DNA of 60,991 nucleotides, the filler included, from Globobulimina sp. (taxonomy: Eukaryota), in the NCBI GenBank assembly GCA_003354225.1. It is 15 parts of 15 records of this genome, joined end to end, with 100 filler letters (N's around TTAATTAATTAA, not from the genome) between each part and the next. Parts side by side here need not be neighbours in the genome. Positions count along the whole stretch, not along the records: positions 12,231 to 16,204 come from PIVH01001800.1; positions 16,305 to 20,278 come from PIVH01001801.1; positions 20,379 to 24,351 come from PIVH01001802.1; positions 24,452 to 28,423 come from PIVH01001803.1; 11 more parts are not named here. One strand, written 5' to 3'. Positions within the stretch are counted from its first letter, which is position 1, and each line of letters opens with the position of its first letter. Below are positions 12,131-25,571 of this stretch, piece by piece. The position numbers and the translations under genes were made by a program. The notes under the pieces were generated by a model. The model saw only the letters and a program-made list of their open reading frames with translations. It made no database searches and was not told where the DNA came from.

Positions 12131-12381
12131 NNNNNNNNNNNNNNNNNNNNNNNNNNNNNNNNNNNNNNNNNNNNTTAATTAATTAANNNNNNNNNNNNNN
12201 NNNNNNNNNNNNNNNNNNNNNNNNNNNNNNGAAAACAAATGCAAAGTTTATCAAATGATAAATGAAACAGCACAGCGAATGAATGAAATTAGAAATACTG
12301 CAAAATGGTGAATAAAACCATATTTGTTGCATGCGTTGAGGTTGCTAAGCATTTAATATAGGCTCCATGCTTTGTGTAACC

Positions 12382-12538
12382 TTTTCAGTAAGTCGACTGC
12401 CCAAAATGTACAAGGAAAGTTGTTTATAAAATTATTCACTGCGACTGCGGAAATCGTGGTGGTCGCATTCCAACGTACTTTTTGACATCGATGCAAAACG
12501 CAGTCGATTTCCGCAAGGCGCTGTGACTTCACTGAAAA
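12382..12538. repeat. Nested inverted-repeat element
   Basis: Outer arms TTTTCAGTAAGTC (12382-12394) and GACTTCACTGAAAA (12525-12538). Inner perfect 11-bp arms TGCGGAAATCG (12446-12456) and CGATTTCCGCA (12505-12515). Confidence 0.6.
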
Positions 12539-12569
12539 TTAACTAGTGTGTACATTTGCGAATATTAAC

Positions 12570-13838
12570 ATGGTTCGTGTTTGTCGAAATGTATTTCACG
12601 CAAATGTTAAATTATTTTTCTTTTGGATTTCCTACACATTTAAATTATTTAATGGGCTGCCATTAGAATTGACAAACCATATTGCGTTAGAAAAGCGTAT
12701 GAAAAATGGAAAAGAATTTATTGTAAATGTAAATAAATCATTTATAACTAAATATGCGAATGATATGAATCAACTTGGTATTGAATTAAAATCGTTACAT
12801 AATGGAACATTGCCTTTCAAAACGCGTCAAATTGCTTTTTTTATCACACGAATCGCAGTCATTATGGCTGCTTTTAGCGGATACATAGCGATGAGTTTTG
12901 TAATCAGTTTATTACAATTTATCATTTTACCCTATTCTTTATTTATTTCAATCGGTTATGGCATTGAGACTGCAATCATGTTATTCAGTGGACATCTTTT
13001 AATCTTCCCCATTCTCAAATATTTTGTCGATTTATTATGTCCCGTCTCTCTCAATATATATATAACATTTTCGCCTTTATTTCTGACTATTTTTCTTTTT
13101 CTTGATCAGCTTATTTGTGCGTTGTGTTTAATCCAAACACCAAAAGGAAAAACAGAAAAAATGAGTTTACGTCGTGTTTGGCAATCAGTATGGTACGGTT
13201 TTTTAAACTGTAAAACATATTATTTAGTCTTAATTGCATTATTATTTGGTCAGCGTTTGCCATTAACTGTGTGGATTATTGATGCTGTGTTGGGTATATC
13301 GACCAAGATTAGTGGCTATATCTGTGGGCCCTATTGGTCGATTGTATTTTATCACGTTCATCGAATCGGACATATACCAAATGTATACCCAGATGCACAT
13401 AAATTTCATCATTATTTGCATGATACCACGGCGTTTGATGCGCATGTTTTTGGCTCGGGAGCACCTGAAGAATGGTTATTGATTGTCATTGAATTTTTAA
13501 TTGCATTGCTTTGTGGCGGTATGCCACCAGGACTCAGTTATTATGTATTGAGGGTATCATGGCTTACTAAATATTTTGGGCATACACGTAATTATCAGAC
13601 ACCAGGTCATGAAGATAATTTTCATGCTGATCATCATGTGAAACATAATAAGAATTTTGGGCAGTATTATCCATTGGATATTGCTATGGGAACAACCGTA
13701 ACCAGAGAGGAGTATGTATTCAATAGATATAAAATAAAAAGAATTGAGTTGGCTGATATCGTCAGATTAACATTTACACCAATTGCACAATCTGCGCAAT
13801 CCACAAACTTTTCGCCTGTCACCTTCGGTAAAATTTGA
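12570..13838 (+). CDS. Fatty acid hydroxylase / sterol desaturase superfamily membrane di-metal enzyme
   Basis: His boxes HRIGH, HKFHH, FGH and HADHH followed by NFGQY. Multiple TM helices. First ATG at 12570. Confidence 0.85.
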   Translation: MVRVCRNVFHANVKLFFFWISYTFKLFNGLPLELTNHIALEKRMKNGKEFIVNVNKSFITKYANDMNQLGIELKSLHNGTLPFKTRQIAFFITRIAVIMAAFSGYIAMSFVISLLQFIILPYSLFISIGYGIETAIMLFSGHLLIFPILKYFVDLLCPVSLNIYITFSPLFLTIFLFLDQLICALCLIQTPKGKTEKMSLRRVWQSVWYGFLNCKTYYLVLIALLFGQRLPLTVWIIDAVLGISTKISGYICGPYWSIVFYHVHRIGHIPNVYPDAHKFHHYLHDTTAFDAHVFGSGAPEEWLLIVIEFLIALLCGGMPPGLSYYVLRVSWLTKYFGHTRNYQTPGHEDNFHADHHVKHNKNFGQYYPLDIAMGTTVTREEYVFNRYKIKRIELADIVRLTFTPIAQSAQSTNFSPVTFGKI

Positions 13839-14125
13839 CCATCATTTTTTTTTTAATTTATAACTAAAAAGGTTTTCGTCTCAAAGCATCCTCAAAGTCA
13901 CACCATGTCAACAAGAAAAAGAAAATTGCTTACATTTTACCCTGGTCAATTACTTACATTTTACAATCAATCAATCAATAACAAAACATAAAAGGTTATT
14001 GTTGGCATAATTCAATATTTTTTCGTTTAGTCTATTTATATAAAAAGATATATAAAAAGATTAAAAGTTTATTAAAATTCAGAGTTACAAACAAGTTTCT
14101 TTCAAAGCATGTAGATCCTTTTAAA

Positions 14126-16204
14126 TTAGTCATCATAATAATTCTTTCTATAAATATCTTTTTCATATTTTTTATTCACATCCAAATTTTTCTGTTTGTT
14201 GCATGATATTCGCGTGATATACAAAGTATAATTCAACATATATTCATAGACATACCTCATATTCATAGAGTTGCCACAATAAATTCTCAATAGCAACTTG
14301 TGCATCTTCCAAATTCTGTGCTGTATTAAAGATCTTTTTCTGTTCAATTTCGTCATCAGTATCGATATCCGATATTTCATCATCTTTCCGATCAAAACAG
14401 CCACAAAATCTAATCATCGTAACTAGAAACACCAAACATATGCACCCAATCATTATGTATTGATTTATTGTTAAGCCAGGCTCCTTTTCCTTGATTTTAA
14501 CAAACAAAGGTTTACAATCTGAATGGGATGAATTTAACACGCATTTATCAACAACACAGGTTTGTCCAACAGATGGATCCGTACAATCAATGTGTTCTGG
14601 ACACCACTCTTCATTTGGCGATAATTCATCCATATTTGCATATACTTTAATATAAAGCGGCGTTGGTTTCATGTAGTTTCGTAATGACCCGTTTATGTTC
14701 CAATTAATAACATAATACATCGACATATTGCTTTCTTCGTCGCTCATTGGACATTCTACATTCGCAGTGACATAAAACTCAACTTCATTTTCTTGCATTG
14801 TCTCACTTTGAATCTTAAAGTTTTCCGGCTGAAATTTAAAAAACTCTTTTTCTGCTGCGCTTAATAAACAAAATGTAACTCAAACTCAGACGTACAGTGC
14901 AGTTAGATATGCACTCAACGTACAGTGGAATCAAAACAACATCGATATATTCACCAGCTTCAAATTTCAAGATTTGTGGTGTAGAAATCTTTCGATTCTT
15001 TACTTGAATAATAGTTGGTACGCTTATTTGTAATTGACGGGAGTCTGTGGAGTATACATTTATTGCATCCGGTTTGATATATTCATGAACTGATTGCCCA
15101 TTCAAATAAAACCTTAATTGACACTCAGCTGTTTGTATTGGTGTGATACAAAATCGCTGATGCATCGAATCATTCATCTCCTTTTCTTTTGAAAATGTAA
15201 CCTCTCGCGGTTCAATTATCATTTCTTCACATAATTCAAACGTAACTCCAATTTCTGTCATAGGCTTTCTATTTAACGATAATGTAAAACAATACTTATT
15301 CCACACTTTCATTGTAGAAATATAAAACGGTACAAATTTTTGTTTCGCTGATTCAGCAACAATCGCAGGGAAAAGTTGATCCATTTTCGCAGGGAATTGA
15401 TTGAATCTGCATTGTAAACATTTCATTTCATATTCAATTTCTAATTTCTCTGACAATGCTAAATCTTCTTTTGCTTTGATATAAATATAACTTCGTTTCT
15501 GAAAGTATGGATGTGTGTATGTAAACTGTATAGGATTTGTGTTTGTATCTGACCCAATCAAAGACGCTTTGAACTGCAATGCGTTTAATAATAATGATTG
15601 TGGTTTGATATTAAGCATCTCAGGTATTAACAGTCTATGCGGTATCATTACTTTTATTGGTTTACTCCATTTGCCACGGATTACATTGAATTGTGGGATA
15701 ATCAATGTACCCAATCCTTAGTTACATAATGCATTTAAAATATATTATTTAGATATATTGCTATACAAAACTTGGTTTTTCTGTGGTGATAGAAATAGCT
15801 GAATCTGGTAAACTTAACATACAGTCCGTTTTTTCCTCATCGCAAATGCCACCTTGATACGTTCCTGTGATTTGTATACTGATTGAATACGATGGTTCGC
15901 AGCCAGGTACTTTTAAAGTTAAATCTAATGCCACTCTTAAATCAACTCGTTTGACATATTCCATCCAAACTATTTCGTTTATAAATTCCGACGTTGGTGC
16001 TTGGATTTGTGCCCATATTTCATTTGATTCAAATTGAAGTGCAATTGTTCTTTCTGTACCGGGTTCCGAATTAATTGATATCCATAAAAGATTCCGAACT
16101 ATATATATATACAAAAAATAATTAATATATTAAATATAAAATTAATTATAAATTCATACCCGTTTCACCACAAATAGCATGACGTTGCGTAATATTATTC
16201 CTAA
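14126..16204 (-). CDS. Multi-exon single-pass membrane protein, beta-rich ectodomain (5'-truncated), unknown function
   Basis: Consecutive same-strand ORFs separated by short AT-rich GT-AG gaps. Cys cluster, then TM helix (YIMIGCICLVFLVTMI), then an acidic tail ending KNYYDD*. Confidence 0.7.
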
Positions 16205-16965
16205 NNNNNNNNNNNNNNNNNNNNNNNNNNNNNNNNNNNNNNNNNNNNTTAATTAATTAANNNNNNNNNNNNNNNNNNNNNNNNNNNNNNNNNNNNNNNN
16301 NNNNATACGTGCTCTGTTGATATGCACATACTAAGTAACGATTGGTGGAGGTTTCAGTCGCCAATTCATGTTCCTCTGTATCTGTATATGCATGCATTTG
16401 CAGTATGCGGTGCATACGGACAAAAACACTTTGACAGAGACACAGTATGTACTATACACAGTACCTATGAAGAGTGTGTTATTGGAGATATTTACGATAA
16501 ATTCAGAGGAATAATGCGAGATATGCATGATCTCAATGCTGCAGTGGTTTAACAGTGCGGCGTTTTTAAATGTTGTTTGCGGGGCAGATTGAATTAATTT
16601 CGTACAGTGATTTTTCAGATGCAACTCTTTTGGACCGGTGATGTCTGCATAATATGATGGCAAACGCAAATCGGGAATATCTGTGTGTTTAATGTACCTT
16701 TTCTCATTCTTACGGTTATCAAATGTAAACAATGAACGAGTGTCTTTGTCCATGGCATGAACTGCATCCTTAATGGCTAAGTTACCGCAGGTTGTGTCGA
16801 GAACCAACATGTCGTTCGAAAGAGCTACTATTAGTACTATATAATATTAATTGGCTAGCTAGTTAGTTTTTTGTAGTGAGCTAATCTCAGTTATTACGGA
16901 TTTCGAAACGAGGTACCATGAAAAGTACTAAAAAAATGAATATTTACAAAGATACACAGTGATTT

Positions 16966-18331
16966 TCAATCTTTATGTGCTGCATTTCCAGCAACATCGA
17001 CATCTGTGTCATTGCGTATAGGAATCATTTCATTCCCCACAGACACATTCACCCTTTGGCTATCTAATGGTGCTACACAACCAGCAGCTGCAGCAGCTCT
17101 TATTTCCTTCTTTTCAGCGCTATCCAATGTTTTCTGCTTATCCAAAGTCATACTTTCATTCTTGTTTTCATGTTTAAATTTGGACTCATTCAATGCATGC
17201 AATGTTACTTGTTTTAATACAGTATGTTGAGCACCATTTTCCTCTTCAATCGAAGGACTCACTTGTCGCAGCACCTCAATATCATGAAGCACCCCAAGAA
17301 CAAACAATTCTCTCTGCAAATATACACAAAAAGATATAAAAAATATAGCAGCAAATACATATAAAAATGAACTAAACTCCACCCATTTCTCTGGAGGTGA
17401 TTTTCTTATTAAATATCTCAGCATCTTCGTATGGAAGTTGACTAAATGCATGAAGTGCTCTCAGAAGCTGCAGATCATCGTAGGCCCAGCAGCAACAGGT
17501 CAATATCATAATTATTTCACTCGCAATGTGTATCTTGGCAGTAACAAATCCATTGATGATTAGAAATATCTCTCCACCGAATACCAAACACATTATAAAT
17601 ACATAATAATAGAATGTAAATGTAAACAATCGTCGAGTAGTTTGCCCGATTTTATTCGCAAAGGTAGCCCGAATTCCTAACGTAAAATCAACAATGAAAC
17701 TCATTGCTATATTGGCAAAACCATACCAGGTTGAAAACGGACTATAAAAACCCAACAAAATGCTCAAACCGGCAGCAGCTGTCAACCAATGATGCATCAA
17801 AACAGAATAATCCAATCTGCCATAACGATTTGTTGCGACTTCCCAGCAGTAAAAGCCCATTATTGATGCAGCAATATGTTGATATGGTGGATGATCAGCA
17901 GTGGAGGCCTCTAATTTTACAAAATGATCACTCGGCCATTCAGGTGCAAACATAGCAAATATTATGGTTACTAATAATATTGATAATGACCATACTGCTT
18001 TAATATAATGGATTGAGCCACGTCTTTGAATACGAAATCGACCGCTGTAATCTAAGGATTTTGTCAAGCGTTTGTTCAATGTGTATGTTTTTAAGGGGTT
18101 ATTGGACGTCTTGGCATTATGGTGCATTTCGGTACGAGTGCGTATTTGTGGCGCCATATCACATCTTCTTTCTAACAATTCTTGAAACAACCAACAAATA
18201 AATATTGTTGCTATTACTGTTATCGATGTGTAACGCAATTGATTTGGATCTGCATTCCATTTTGTTGGACATGCAGTAAGTGTATCACATGTAGCAATTG
18301 TGCCACAGTATTTGACCGAACATGAAGACAT
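16966..18331 (-). CDS. TLC (TRAM/LAG1/CLN8) domain membrane protein, 2 exons
   Basis: IMGFYCWEV..DYSVLMHHWLT is TLC-like. Intron 17377-17314 joins MGG/RELFV. Confidence 0.75.
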
Positions 18332-18441
18332 GTTAAATGAAGGTATCTACTGTTTTTGTACCCTAGTTCGAACTGTCAGAGACTAGAAACAAAACAGAGA
18401 CAGAGCAGAAACAAAATAACACATACAAATGTACAGTATAA

Positions 18442-18698
18442 AGAATTGGTGCATTTAACTGAATCGAAAGCAAAGTCACTAATTCAGTACAATTTTATTC
18501 GTCCCAGCAACGATCAAGGTTTCTAAAAACTTTATGATATAAAAAATGTAGGTAATTCTGTAATATATCCTTTTCAACATAAATATGATTGATATAATTA
18601 AACATTTATTCGATGAGTCTAATAAATATAGACTGTAGACGGATAAAATAAACTGAATTATCAACTTTGCTTTCAATTCAGTTAAATGCACTAATTCT
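18442..18698. mobile_element. MITE-like element with ~60-bp terminal inverted repeats
   Basis: Left arm AGAATTGGTGCATTTAACTGAATCGAAAGCAAAGTCACTAATTCAGTACAATTTTATTCGTC. Reverse complement of the right arm AGAATTAGTGCATTTAACTGAATTGAAAGCAAAGTTGATAATTCAGTTTATTTTATCCGTC. The interior is non-coding and AT-rich. Confidence 0.8.
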
Positions 18699-18808
18699 AT
18701 TTACTAAATATATACAACAATCAAAAGAACCACTGTATTATAATCGAACAGAAACAATGAAAATACGAGCATTCGAAAAATAATCAAACAAAAAAAAGAA
18801 TTCACCAT

Positions 18809-20165
18809 TTATGGAACATCTGAATCACTTTCAACCTGTGATGAGGGTACGGCTTCCAATCCCATTTCAACATTTCCATCTACATTTTTCTTTGATTTTA
18901 TATTATTTTTAAAATTAGTGTCAATTTCAGTGTCTTTTGTCAGCGTCTGTGGTGTGGACGGCACAGTTTCCTGTTGTTCTGTTGTGGTTTGACTGATTGA
19001 TCTGAGTGAAAATTGCCTTGATAATGAATGCATTGTCATTAAAAAATCATCCTTTTGTCCACAAATTGAGCAACAACAACAACAGCAAAAATGCAAAATT
19101 TTATTCCATACTGGATCGGCAAAGCTGAACATTAACCACACAGTGAAACAATTAATTATTGCATCCACCGGTATTAACAATGAAAAAGCAGGAATTATAG
19201 CACCACCACCAAATATTAACAATGACGATAAACAGGCAAATAAAACCAATATAGTCTGTTTACGGATAACTTTTGCAAATTTGCGGGAATGTTCTGTTTC
19301 ATTTTTTGATCGTAATTTAATTTTACTTTTATCACTATGCTCGCTGCCCATTTTAAGTACCTATGAACACCAACATATATTAAAATGTTTAAAGAAAAAT
19401 AAAAAAATAATATCAACACTAAACTACATTCAATTTGTATACAAACAAGCCACAAACAAATATTGTAAATAGTACATCACCGATAAATAATAGACCTAAG
19501 ATATAATTTTGATTATCATTTTTTTGTGCATCATTGCCCGTGGTACACATTCCAATCATGTGATTATTGTAAGTGTTGCTGATTAATTTAACATAATCCC
19601 ATGTCACGTACATAAAAGCTGCATTTAATACTGATATTCCTACGGCATATATTATCATTGTAATGGATAAAAAACATCGGTTATAACCTAACGCAGAAGT
19701 ATGAAAAGCTAAATCAATTCGTACTAAAAATATTGTTAATAGTATCAATTTGGATAAAAAAACGCCATTTGTAGTCAAATAAAAACCAATTTTACAAGAT
19801 ATTAATGTGCCCATTGGCAATATTATGTCAATTCGAAAAAATGCATAGCCAATACACGTTATCCAATATGAGATGAAAAATGAAATATATAAAAAACGAG
19901 CAAAGCCTTTTGCGATATCATCGTTATAAAAATGATAAATTGCATGCACGCTGATTATTAATATTAAGATTATGCCAAGGAAACCGGAGATGACCATTGA
20001 TAATAACCATCCAAAGGAAAATAAATCTGTATCGGAATCTACATCCATATCACTCGTTGCTGTGGAGCTAATATTTAATGAATCCGTATGTATTGTGTGG
20101 AAGAGTAATATTAATAATATTAAATAATAGTACCTCCCCACAAAGCGTACTAAAAACGACAACAT
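18809..20165 (-). CDS. Seven-transmembrane (GPCR-like) protein with signal peptide and poly-Cys tail, 2 exons
   Basis: Signal peptide plus 7 hydrophobic segments. Intron about 19424-19361. CCCCCC follows TM7. ATG at 20165. Confidence 0.75.
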
Positions 20166-20378
20166 TTTGTAGTACGTCACTTCTAGTTCTAGGTTTTTGG
20201 TATTATCATTTAAATTTAACAGAAAAAATATTCAATTTTAGTGCCTGTATGGTACAAAAAAGAATTAATAATCACTTGNNNNNNNNNNNNNNNNNNNNNN
20301 NNNNNNNNNNNNNNNNNNNNNNTTAATTAATTAANNNNNNNNNNNNNNNNNNNNNNNNNNNNNNNNNNNNNNNNNNNN

Positions 20379-23129
20379 TACCATTAGCAGCACCATACAA
20401 GTTACTGCTTACAATTTTCATTGTGCCCCGCCCCCAATTCACCACAAAGAAGTTAATATTGAGTGCATTTTTGTCAAAAATACATACACGATCATGATCA
20501 CAATATGCATTGTAATGACTGTTTAAATTAGCTATTTCCACATAATCATAGGAATAAATAGCTTTTTGAACTATCATTATGCTATTCGCACCAACTCCGT
20601 ATATATCAAGCCCGTGTACATACAAATAGCCACCATTTACTGTTATAAATCCAGCCGGAGTATAAGACGTAGAATAATACATTACTGCCGTTGTATTGAT
20701 AGTAACTGGACATTGCCACTCATTTTCTTGGAATAATTTATTCTTTATAGCCTGTAATGACATCGGTGTTAAGTCATTGTATATTGAAATTGAAAATAAT
20801 TGTATTTTATTTACAGGGGAATCATCAGAGATAATACTAATTAGTAAAATGGGAACATCACAGATAATATGCCAGAATTTGCTTCGATATCCAAAATAGC
20901 AACTTCACCTTGTGAAAACCAACAATTTTCATCTACATAAGAATCCAGCCAGCAATTATTAACTAATTGATTCGAAATCAAATAATTAATATTCACATTG
21001 GATATATTTATCGCCGAATTTCGCGCCAATATCAAAAATAATGAACCATAGAATTCATTTATATCATCATCTGGTATTTGAACCATTTTCGATGTGGTTA
21101 TATTTATATTGGTGATCACAAATGTCCCTGAATTTGCATTGTCTGCATTGATGATGGTACCATCTACATTATAAAAAATTATATCTTTGATAGCAATATG
21201 GTTTGATTTAATTACACCAAAAATACTGATGAGCAGTGAGTTTGTTTGAAGGTAGACGTTGGTAAATGTATTATTATCAATGTCCACATACAGCTCAGCA
21301 GAGTTTACCTGTTGTACAATATCGACAAACGATGTCAAATTTAAAAGTGTTATATTATTAATCACACATTGTTTCATGATAAAACTTGTTTGTTTTAAGT
21401 CAGGTAATTCGAACTCATCAATGTTAGTCGAAAATATTGCTTGATAACGAGTATTAATTGTATTGTGGTTGAATGTTGCTTTATAAATCTCAATATGTGG
21501 TGCGTTTACTAATGATTTTTCTGTATACATAATATGGTTGTTCTCAAAGGTCAAATTGTGAAATACATATTTGGTAACAATATAACCCGCAGACGCCATT
21601 CCAATAATAAAAGTAGGTTTTGTGTCTTTGTTAACAACATTCCAGTCATTAATGATTAAATTGTAGAATTTTACAGTAAAATTAACCACAGGAAAGTTAT
21701 AATTAACCGTTTCATTAGTTTCAATTTGTGTTAATTGAAAAAATGACTCCTGCGACCAAGCTGAATTAGGCTCATAATCGCATAGTGCTTGATTTGCCGG
21801 GAAAATTGGAAACCAGTCGTTTAATGATGATATATATTGTGGATCAAATACAAATGATACTGTGTTGAATGCGAGCTGGTTGAAGCTATTGATCGATATT
21901 TCAATTCTTGGATAACATGGATTGAACTGAAAATATCGGTTTCCGTGTGATATTTCTTCTCGATTTTGACCACGAATAACAATTATAATCGATGTAATGT
22001 ATTCTATTGCTCTGGCCACAAATGCACCATATTTCATCGTCAAACTTAGGGTGCCGCATGGCTCATGTTCCAGACCGCAATGATCTGTATCCCATCCGTC
22101 AGACGCAACATAAAAAGTCACTGTGTTACCACTGATGTTATTGGAATTTATCCAATTAGGGATCACAAACAGTGGTGTGGACATATTTGAATTGGAGGAA
22201 ATATTAGAAACAACGTTTGATGTATTGTTGGAAACATTAGAAACAGCGCAGTATTCCGCTGAGATGTTGGCATCTAAAAAATCGCCTGATTCCAAATAAA
22301 TATACCAAAAACTACAAAATTCAACTTCCATTACAAAATAAGGTAGTAATTGTGGAACGGCACCAATTGTACACACTGCTATGCCGTCTGTTTCATTGCT
22401 GGTAATAATATATGAATAAATATATGTTGATTCAGAATAATAAATTAACGGATAAATATATAAATGCGAGCCATCATAATATATATTGCCTCTATAATCA
22501 GCATCATAGCCAATGTATGAATACACTCCGCTAAAATATAAATAGTTTTCAGTGTTGCTATGAACACATAAGTCACATTGTTCTTCGTCATCATTCAAAT
22601 AACAATCACTTGTCCCGTCACATAACATAGAATTATTTATACATACTTGAGATCCTAAACAACTGTAATCACATCCATTGCAACCAATATCCACAATAAT
22701 GGAGGTATCAAACGTGACACCGTCGGTGGTCCAACCCTGACAATTTTCTACTTTCATATTCGTTACATTGGACACTAAACAAAATGCATAAAAAGATGCA
22801 AATGTATTATAATCAGCGCTAATAATATATGCTATGCCAGACGGATATAAATAATAGTTATTGACAGAATTTTTATAGAGAATAGATTTCGTGGTTGTAT
22901 TATACGAAAAATATTCGAATGGGCCACCAAATAATCCATACACATCGCCGAAACACACTCTGCAGCTGTCAGCTTCATCTTCATTATCTGGACAATCATT
23001 CATTCCGTCACAAACCATAGATACATCAATGCAAATGCGTGACTGTCCACAAATAAATTTGTCTGTACAATTCATAAAGCATTTGCATATTTGGAATAAG
23101 TATACAGTGATAATTAAAATGGCGAGCAT
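20379..23129 (-). CDS. Large secreted protein: two LDL-receptor class A repeats + beta-helix-like region (3'-truncated)
   Basis: Signal peptide. CTDKFIC..CIDVSMVCDGMNDCPDNEDE and C..CINNSMLCDGTSDCYLNDDE are LDLa repeats. FYVASDGWDTDHCG..PCGTL is a beta-helix-type cap before Asn-rich strands. Frame change near 20840-20900. Confidence 0.8.
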
Positions 23130-23463
23130 TTCGGATTAAAATGTTTTTATTAAGCTAGACAGAAATTTCTAGAACTTCGCTTAATTTGATATATCTTCTA
23201 CTCTGTGCATAGTGCATACACCGTATCATAACTCTGTACATATACCGTTACAACATTTACGATGCAACTTATTGACATATTTAACATTTACATTTGTTGG
23301 TCAGCTCAAGTTTGTGATTGCGAAGTTTCTATGTTTTGCGTCAATATTTCAGACTCTTTTAGTTTTTTATCCGTTCAATTTTTTGCTCCAAAAAACATTA
23401 ACAAATCGAATCAAATCCTCATCAACATCGTTTGGTAACATTTTTCGGTTTCTTGCCTGAGTC

Positions 23464-24351
23464 ATGAACTCGCCCTTATTGATGGCGTCATTGGACGAGC
23501 AAAATGAAGACACCGAATTGTTGAGTCAACCAAAATTTAAACAAACAGGTTATATTAACTTTAACTCCTCGCGTTTACGGTTAACAATTTTAACCACGTT
23601 GTATTATTTTTGGACCATACCAACTTTATCAATGGACCTTGCTACATTCAAAAATGGCTCATTATCCGACGACGATAAAGTAGCATATCGGTTAGTTATT
23701 GCAGGCAACGCATTTTTATTAATTGGATCCATTATAAATGGATTAGATTTAACATTCCATATCTATCGAAATAGCAATATTAAATATTTGAGCTTAATTA
23801 GGTATATACTGTCCATATCTATATATATTAATATTATATACAATTACTAGCTGTGCTGTGTGCAGATTTATTTGTGGCGCATTTTTTTCGTTGGGAGCTG
23901 TATTGCATATTTTCGCAGCCACACAAAAATGGAATGTGCAATGCGTTGATGATGATGGTGCTTCGTGGTGTCGTTCCGCGTATTATGCGGTGGATTTTTT
24001 GGCTGAAATGTTTTCGTTGGTGATGGCTTATGATATTATTTGTATTAAAAATCACAATTATTTGAATATTCGAGCAATCAGAGTCATGATATATTCTTTT
24101 GTACTATTTTTAACATCGTTTATGTTTGCGATGGTTTATGGATATTATATACAACCATTAACTGGTATGGATAGAGACAATTTGAGTGGATATTGGATTG
24201 TTGCTATTGCCACGTTTACTATTTATTGCAGTATGTTAGGACGACTTTTTTTGTGCAGAGAGGAGGTTCGCCAAAATAGGAATAATTTGAATATGGAGGA
24301 TGAGAATATTGGATTAAGTAAAAAGAAATATTTAAATTTAGCATTGACATT
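23464..24351 (+). CDS. Multi-pass membrane protein, unknown function (reaches contig end)
   Basis: Intron 23802-23865 joins LIR/FICGAFF. About 6 hydrophobic helices. Confidence 0.7.
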
Positions 24352-24451
24352 NNNNNNNNNNNNNNNNNNNNNNNNNNNNNNNNNNNNNNNNNNNNTTAAT
24401 TAATTAANNNNNNNNNNNNNNNNNNNNNNNNNNNNNNNNNNNNNNNNNNNN

Positions 24452-25571
24452 TGATTTCTATATTTTGAAGTGCTATGAACTCCAATACATTGTTTTCTAT
24501 TTCTGGCTGTTCTTCTTGCACTTCTTGCTCTTTTTGCACATCTTTGTCATCAATTACATGCGTTATATCATCTTCTGCCGCTTCTTCCTCTTCCTCTCCC
24601 TCTCCCTCTTCTTCTTGGTGTTGACTATCAACACTTACATCATCATCATCTGTATTACCTTTCTTTTCTTTTTCTTCATCATCTTCTTGTTGTGGTGGTA
24701 CTGGTACATTATCTTTATGTTCTTGTGGTGGTACTGATACATCACTACTTTCTTCATTCTCTGCCTCTGCATCTTCCTCTTCCTCTCCATCTCCTGATTC
24801 ATTTACTTCTGGCACTTGCTCGACATTTACAGTCTCATTTTCTTTATTAATATTATCAATTACATCATCCATCTCTTCATTGTTATTATTATCGGCATCC
24901 ACCGATACAACACTTAGATCTTTTTCTTTTTCTTTTTCTTTTTTTCCATGTTCTTGGTCTTGTTGTACATTTTCTTCCTCTTCTTGTTCTTGTACATCAT
25001 CTTTACTTTCTATAACTTCATCATCTCTCTCTTCCTCTTGCTCTTCCTCTTCCTCTTCCTCTTCTGATTCATCCACTTGCTCAACATTCACAATCTCATT
25101 CTCTTTGTTATCATTCACAGTGAGATCATTATTATTATCATTTGCTTGCACATCATTCATTTCATTCGCATCAACTTTGTTTTCCTCTGTATTTGTATCA
25201 TCAATTTCTGGTTTAGGTTTATTCTCATTTTGTTCGTCTTCATTATGAAACCAATTATCACCATCCTCATCATCATTACTTTCATTTGATTCCTTATTTA
25301 TATTTTCTATGTTTGCTGTTTTATCACTAGTCTCAGTGCTCATTGTAGTGGTTGTATTTGTTGTGTTTGTGTTTGTGAATTGTGCTTCATCAAAGTCCCA
25401 ATCATCCTCATCATCATCCGCTGGTAATTGTTCTTGTGCAATTTCCGCAAGACTATCATTATTATTATTATCATTGGATTGTTCAGTCACCTCAGTGAGT
25501 GTTTGTGTTTGTGTGGTATCTTCACCAAATGCATCAAAGTCTCCCCAATCGTCATCACCAAAGTCTGCCAT
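24452..25571 (-). CDS. Highly acidic disordered protein with N-terminal DFGDD/WGDF motifs (3'-truncated)
   Basis: ATG 25571 MADFGDDDWGDFDAFG. E/D/N-rich low-complexity open frame runs to the contig end. Confidence 0.75.

Noticed and set aside
16305-16810. Overlapping opposite-strand ORFs (76 aa + and 159 aa -) at a contig edge
   Set aside because: No recognisable motif, and I cannot tell which strand, if either, is coding.
20174-20179. CRE-like TGACGT/ACGTCA near several gene starts
   Set aside because: A 6-mer with few occurrences cannot be distinguished from chance by eye.
20830-20920. Programmed frameshift in the LDLa protein
   Set aside because: A phase-2 GT-AG intron (38 or 83 nt) could restore the frame, and I see no slippery site or stimulatory structure.
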